A stretch of DNA of 63,580 bases, filler included, from Thraustochytrium aureum (lineage: Eukaryota), in the NCBI GenBank assembly GCA_012862495.1. It is 5 parts of 3 records of this genome, joined end to end, with 100 filler letters (N's around TTAATTAATTAA, not from the genome) between each part and the next. Parts side by side here need not be neighbours in the genome. Positions count along the whole stretch, not along the records: positions 60,163 to 63,580 come from BLSG01000245.1; 4 more parts are not named here. One strand, 5' to 3'. The notes below the pieces were generated by a model, which saw only the letters and a program-made list of their open reading frames with translations, ran no database searches and was not told the origin of the DNA. Shown here piece by piece: positions 60,165 through 63,580 of this stretch; position 1 is the stretch's first letter, and each line of letters begins with the position of its first letter. The translations under genes and the position numbers were made by a program.

Positions 60165-62663
60165 AGCTCCAAGATTGTCCTGCTGACCCCGATGGCGCTC
60201 AAGTGGTTCAGGACCTTTAAGGACTGGCGGCTCCGGGAGCTGGCGGAGCGGCGCATCGAGCGCCTCGGGCTCGAGGTCAAGGACGTCAAGGGGGCCTCGT
60301 ACATGCTGGAGAAAAAACTTCGGCTCCCCGCTGAGAGCCAAGTGCACGTTTTCGAGAGCAAACTCGACAAGGGAATGCGCATCCTCTGGCTCAAGTGGCC
60401 GTTCCGGGACGAGAAGTGCGTGCTCGTGTGGTCGATCGTAAAGCACGACGACGTGGACCACGACCTGCGCAACATTTGCGACGCACACTCTCGCCTGCGC
60501 TCGATGAGCAACGAGGACAGCTCTGCCAGCCCGGCGACGCCTGTTGCGTTCGGCCTCAAGGTCAAGAGCGCCTCCGACGCCCTCAGCAGCTTTCAGGATG
60601 TCAAGAAGGCAGCGATCGAGGTGGAGGTGCTGGAGGACGCCAGTGCACAGCAGCAAAGCGCCTCGCAGCCGAACGACATGCTCGTCAACCCGCAAGGAAA
60701 CACGCCCCTGCGGATTTACGAGCTCCCGGTCGCCGGTTTGAGCGCGGCTCACGCGGCCAACTGGGTACCGCGCTTGCGCCTAAGCCAGCACGAGCGCCGA
60801 ATCGTGGAGACGCCGGGCTCTGTGCTGCTCCAAGGGCGCAGCGGGACTGGAAAGACCTTTTGCGTGTGCAACCGCATGCTGCTCGACCACGCTTGCGCGC
60901 CCCAAGCGCGCCAGGTTTTCGTGGCGCGGACGACGCGGCTGACTCTGTACGTTTCCGGGCTCGTGGAGCGCGCCAACGGCGGCGCGCCTCTTGGGTCGGC
61001 CGAGTTTTTGGTCATGGCCTCGCTCATGGAGCGCCTGGAGAAGATGCTGTGCCTCGCGCCGCTCGACAGCGCCTGGTTGACCAACTACGCGTACTTTGAA
61101 AGCACGATGTGGGGCGGCCTTGTCGAGCGCGCCAGCAACGCGCTGCGCGTGATGACGCCCGAGCAGCGCGCAGGGTTTCAGGTCACCGACCAGCCCCTGA
61201 TCGTGTGGACGCAGATCCGCACGTTCATCAAGGGCAGCCTGGAGGCGGCGATCCGTGGCGCCCCGATCTCGCTCGAAGAGTACCTTGCGTTCGGAAAAAA
61301 GCGGTGCCGGCTGGAGCCGGGCGAGCGCCGGTACGCGTACTTGATCTTTCAGGGCTACCTCGCGATCTCGAACAACGTCCGGTGGGACCAGGCAGACCGC
61401 GTGATCAGGGCCTTTGGCGCATTGAGGCGCATTGAGGCGGCGGAGCCTCCCATGTTTGACAGGGCTTACGTCGACGAAGTGCAGGACATGATGCAGTCCG
61501 AGCTTGGCCTGCTGGTGCTCTGCACGGGGCGCAACGCGGACGCGCTGTTCCTCGTCGGTGACACTGCGCAGTCGATCTCGAACGGGGTCGACTTTCGGTT
61601 CGAGGAGGTGCGCTCGATCATCCACCAAATGTGCAGCAAGCGCGTCCCCAAGCCGCACGTGCTGGCGACCAACTACAGGAGCCACGAGGGCATCCTGAAC
61701 GTCGCGCGCGAGGTGATCGAGCTGCTGCACCGTGAGTTTAAGGGCGCTGCCGACGAGCTCGAGCCCGACGCTGGACTCGCCCGCGGACCGCGGCCTGAGC
61801 ACTTTGCCGCCTACACGGAGTCGGATCTGCGCCGCTTCTTGCGCGACGTGGCCAGAACCCGCGTCATCGTGCCGCCCACGACCGACCTTGACGCGTCGCA
61901 GTGGGCCGCGCCCGGCCCTAACGGCACGGTAGCTCCTGCTTCCGGCACGGAGGCCCTGATCAAGCAGCTGTGCGCTGCGGAAGGCCTGGACCCGCCGCAA
62001 ATCATTGACGCGATCCAGGCCAAAGGGCTCGAGTGGTCAGACGTGGCCCTGGTCAACTTTTTCGCCGAGCTGCCGCCGGCGAGCCAAAAGGCTTGGAAGT
62101 TCATATTGCAGCGAGACGTCGTTGACTTTAGGGGGCGAACGCCTGATATTCCGCGCTCGCTTGAGCGCGACCTCAAGCTATTGTACACTGCTATTACGCG
62201 GAGCTGCGCGCACCTCGTGTTTGTCGAGACGCGCCGCTCGAGCGCCGGCGAGGCCTGGTTTCGGTTTTTGCAGGACCGCAACCTGGCCTCGCGCTACGTT
62301 GCGCCGCAAACGGCGAGCAACAAGCGCATGTCCGCCGACGAGTGGCGCCTTGAAGGGATCCAGTTGGCGGCCATGGCGCAAGGCGAGGAGGACGCCGCCT
62401 CGTCCTTGCGCCGCGCCAAGGAATACTTTGGGTACGCTGGCGATGCGGCTCTCGTCAAGCGCGTGGAGGCGCAGCTCCTCGCCGGCTCTGCGCTGGCGCT
62501 CGACGGGAAGGACCGCGTCGCGCAGGCCTGCGAAGCCGCCCTAAGGTGCCTTGAGTGCGGCCTCCCCGACCTCGCTCTCGACGTGACGCGGAGTGCAGCG
62601 GTGACGCCGTTCGCCGAGATGGTCGCGTCGAGGCTCGCCCGGCTCGTGCCGGTGCGCCCCTGA
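60165..62663 (+). CDS. TRANK1/LBA1-like UvrD (SF1) helicase with an N-terminal RelE/ParE-like module and C-terminal TPR-like helices; 5'-partial
   Basis: SF1 motifs: QGRSGTGKT (Walker A), YVDEVQD (Walker B), VGDTAQSI, NYRSH, AKGLEW and LKLLYTAITR. The TRANK1-like segments VWTQIRTFIKGS and SADEWRLEG are also present. The frame is open from the scaffold edge. Confidence 0.9.
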   Translation, partial: SSKIVLLTPMALKWFRTFKDWRLRELAERRIERLGLEVKDVKGASYMLEKKLRLPAESQVHVFESKLDKGMRILWLKWPFRDEKCVLVWSIVKHDDVDHDLRNICDAHSRLRSMSNEDSSASPATPVAFGLKVKSASDALSSFQDVKKAAIEVEVLEDASAQQQSASQPNDMLVNPQGNTPLRIYELPVAGLSAAHAANWVPRLRLSQHERRIVETPGSVLLQGRSGTGKTFCVCNRMLLDHACAPQARQVFVARTTRLTLYVSGLVERANGGAPLGSAEFLVMASLMERLEKMLCLAPLDSAWLTNYAYFESTMWGGLVERASNALRVMTPEQRAGFQVTDQPLIVWTQIRTFIKGSLEAAIRGAPISLEEYLAFGKKRCRLEPGERRYAYLIFQGYLAISNNVRWDQADRVIRAFGALRRIEAAEPPMFDRAYVDEVQDMMQSELGLLVLCTGRNADALFLVGDTAQSISNGVDFRFEEVRSIIHQMCSKRVPKPHVLATNYRSHEGILNVAREVIELLHREFKGAADELEPDAGLARGPRPEHFAAYTESDLRRFLRDVARTRVIVPPTTDLDASQWAAPGPNGTVAPASGTEALIKQLCAAEGLDPPQIIDAIQAKGLEWSDVALVNFFAELPPASQKAWKFILQRDVVDFRGRTPDIPRSLERDLKLLYTAITRSCAHLVFVETRRSSAGEAWFRFLQDRNLASRYVAPQTASNKRMSADEWRLEGIQLAAMAQGEEDAASSLRRAKEYFGYAGDAALVKRVEAQLLAGSALALDGKDRVAQACEAALRCLECGLPDLALDVTRSAAVTPFAEMVASRLARLVPVRP

Positions 62664-63078
62664 CCAGTGGCCAGCACCGCGGGAGTGCAGGTCGCCGAGC
62701 TGTGGGCGCCCCCTCCCGAGCGCGCAAAGCGCTCATCCNNNNNNNNNNNNNNNNNNNNNNNNNNNNNNNNNNNNNNNNNNNNNNNNNNNNNNNNNNNNNN
62801 NNNNNNNNNNNNNNNNNNNNNNNNNNNNNNNNNNNNNNNNNNNNNNNNNNNNNNNNNNNNNNNNNNNNNNNNNNNNNNNNNNNNNNNNNNNNNNNNNNNN
62901 NNNNNNNNNNNNNNNNNNNNNNNNNNNNNNNNNNNNNNNNNNNNNNNNNNNNNNNNNNNNNNNNNNNNNNNNNNNNNNNNNNNNNNNNNNNNNNNNNNNN
63001 NNNNNNNNNNNNNNNNNNNNNNNNNNNNNNNNNNNNNNNNNNNNNNNNNNCAGCAAACGCGAGCACAACTGAGACCGC

Positions 63079-63579
63079 CTATTCTCGCACGAGGCGCACG
63101 GCGCGCGAGATGCGCTCCAGTCCCTCTTGGAGCGTGGAGCGCGGGCACCCGAGATTGATTCGCACATAACCGGAGAACATCTCGCCTGGGCCGAACAAGG
63201 CGCCGTCGTTGAGACCTACCCCGGCGTTGTCTTCGAGCCAGCGCGACGCGTTGGGCTCGCCCGTGCGGCGCGCGAGCTCGCGCGCGTCCAGCCAAACCAG
63301 ATAGGTACCTTGTTGCTTGGTGTGCGTGAGCCGTACGAGCGGGTCCAGCTCGCGAGCCACGTGCTGCTTCAGCAGGTCCCAGTTGCCGCGCAGGTACTCG
63401 ACAAGCTCACGTCTGTACGCGTCGCACTCGCCGCCAGGGTCGGCGTAGGCGGCGCGCATGCCCTCGTACCCAAACGGCGTGATGTCTCCGACGATGCCGC
63501 GCATCTCCCTCTTGAGCCGCGCGCGAAGGGCGGTGTCCGGCACGACTGCGAACGCGGCGCACAGCCCGGCAAGGTTGAA
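63079..63579 (-). CDS. MalY/PatB-type PLP-dependent cystathionine beta-lyase (C-S lyase), C-terminal part; 5'-partial
   Basis: Motifs: FNLAGL (just after the PLP lysine), YLRGN, QGTYLVWLD, GVGLNDGALFG and GYVRINLGCPRSTLQEGLERI. Confidence 0.92.
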   Translation of the reverse strand, partial: FNLAGLCAAFAVVPDTALRARLKREMRGIVGDITPFGYEGMRAAYADPGGECDAYRRELVEYLRGNWDLLKQHVARELDPLVRLTHTKQQGTYLVWLDARELARRTGEPNASRWLEDNAGVGLNDGALFGPGEMFSGYVRINLGCPRSTLQEGLERISRAVRLVRE

Positions 63580-63580
63580 G

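Overview
This is GC-rich eukaryotic nuclear DNA, gene-dense and intron-poor, with a few short GT-AG introns and microsatellites. A heterotrophic stramenopile such as a thraustochytrid/labyrinthulomycete is my inference, not something the sequence proves. The window is not one locus. It contains five scaffolds joined by four identical artificial 100-bp spacers (N44-TTAATTAATTAA-N44 at 7100, 37947, 58764 and 60063), and there are many internal N gaps. About 30 protein genes are supported: nardilysin-like M16 peptidase, folate-receptor-like GPI protein, 2OG-Fe(II) dioxygenase, multi-SAP protein, PH + permuted NlpC/P60 protein, tandem GT13 glycosyltransferase, UPF2, acyl-CoA ligase, ORMDL, SNAPC3, EF-hand protein, M23 peptidase, UBC7/UBE2G, SGNH/PC-esterase, inositol monophosphatase, SNIP1/DAWDLE, beta-lactamase-fold hydrolase, MoaC, CaMK-like kinase, tetraspanin-like protein, alpha/beta hydrolase, atypical TFIIB, TRANK1-like UvrD helicase and MalY/PatB. 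There are also five tRNA-Glu(CTC) genes. Many genes are split by 1-nt indels at short homopolymers, most likely pyrosequencing-type errors. The most interesting items are: a RelE/ParE-like module fused to a UvrD/TRANK1-type helicase (candidate eukaryotic conflict or immunity effector); a ~33-bp array of alternating GAACAA/TTGTTC inverted hexamers in a divergent promoter; a one-cyclin-repeat TFIIB with a C-terminal zinc finger; a Tudor-like insert in nardilysin; and a doubled GT13 catalytic domain. All family assignments are by eye from motifs; no searches were run.
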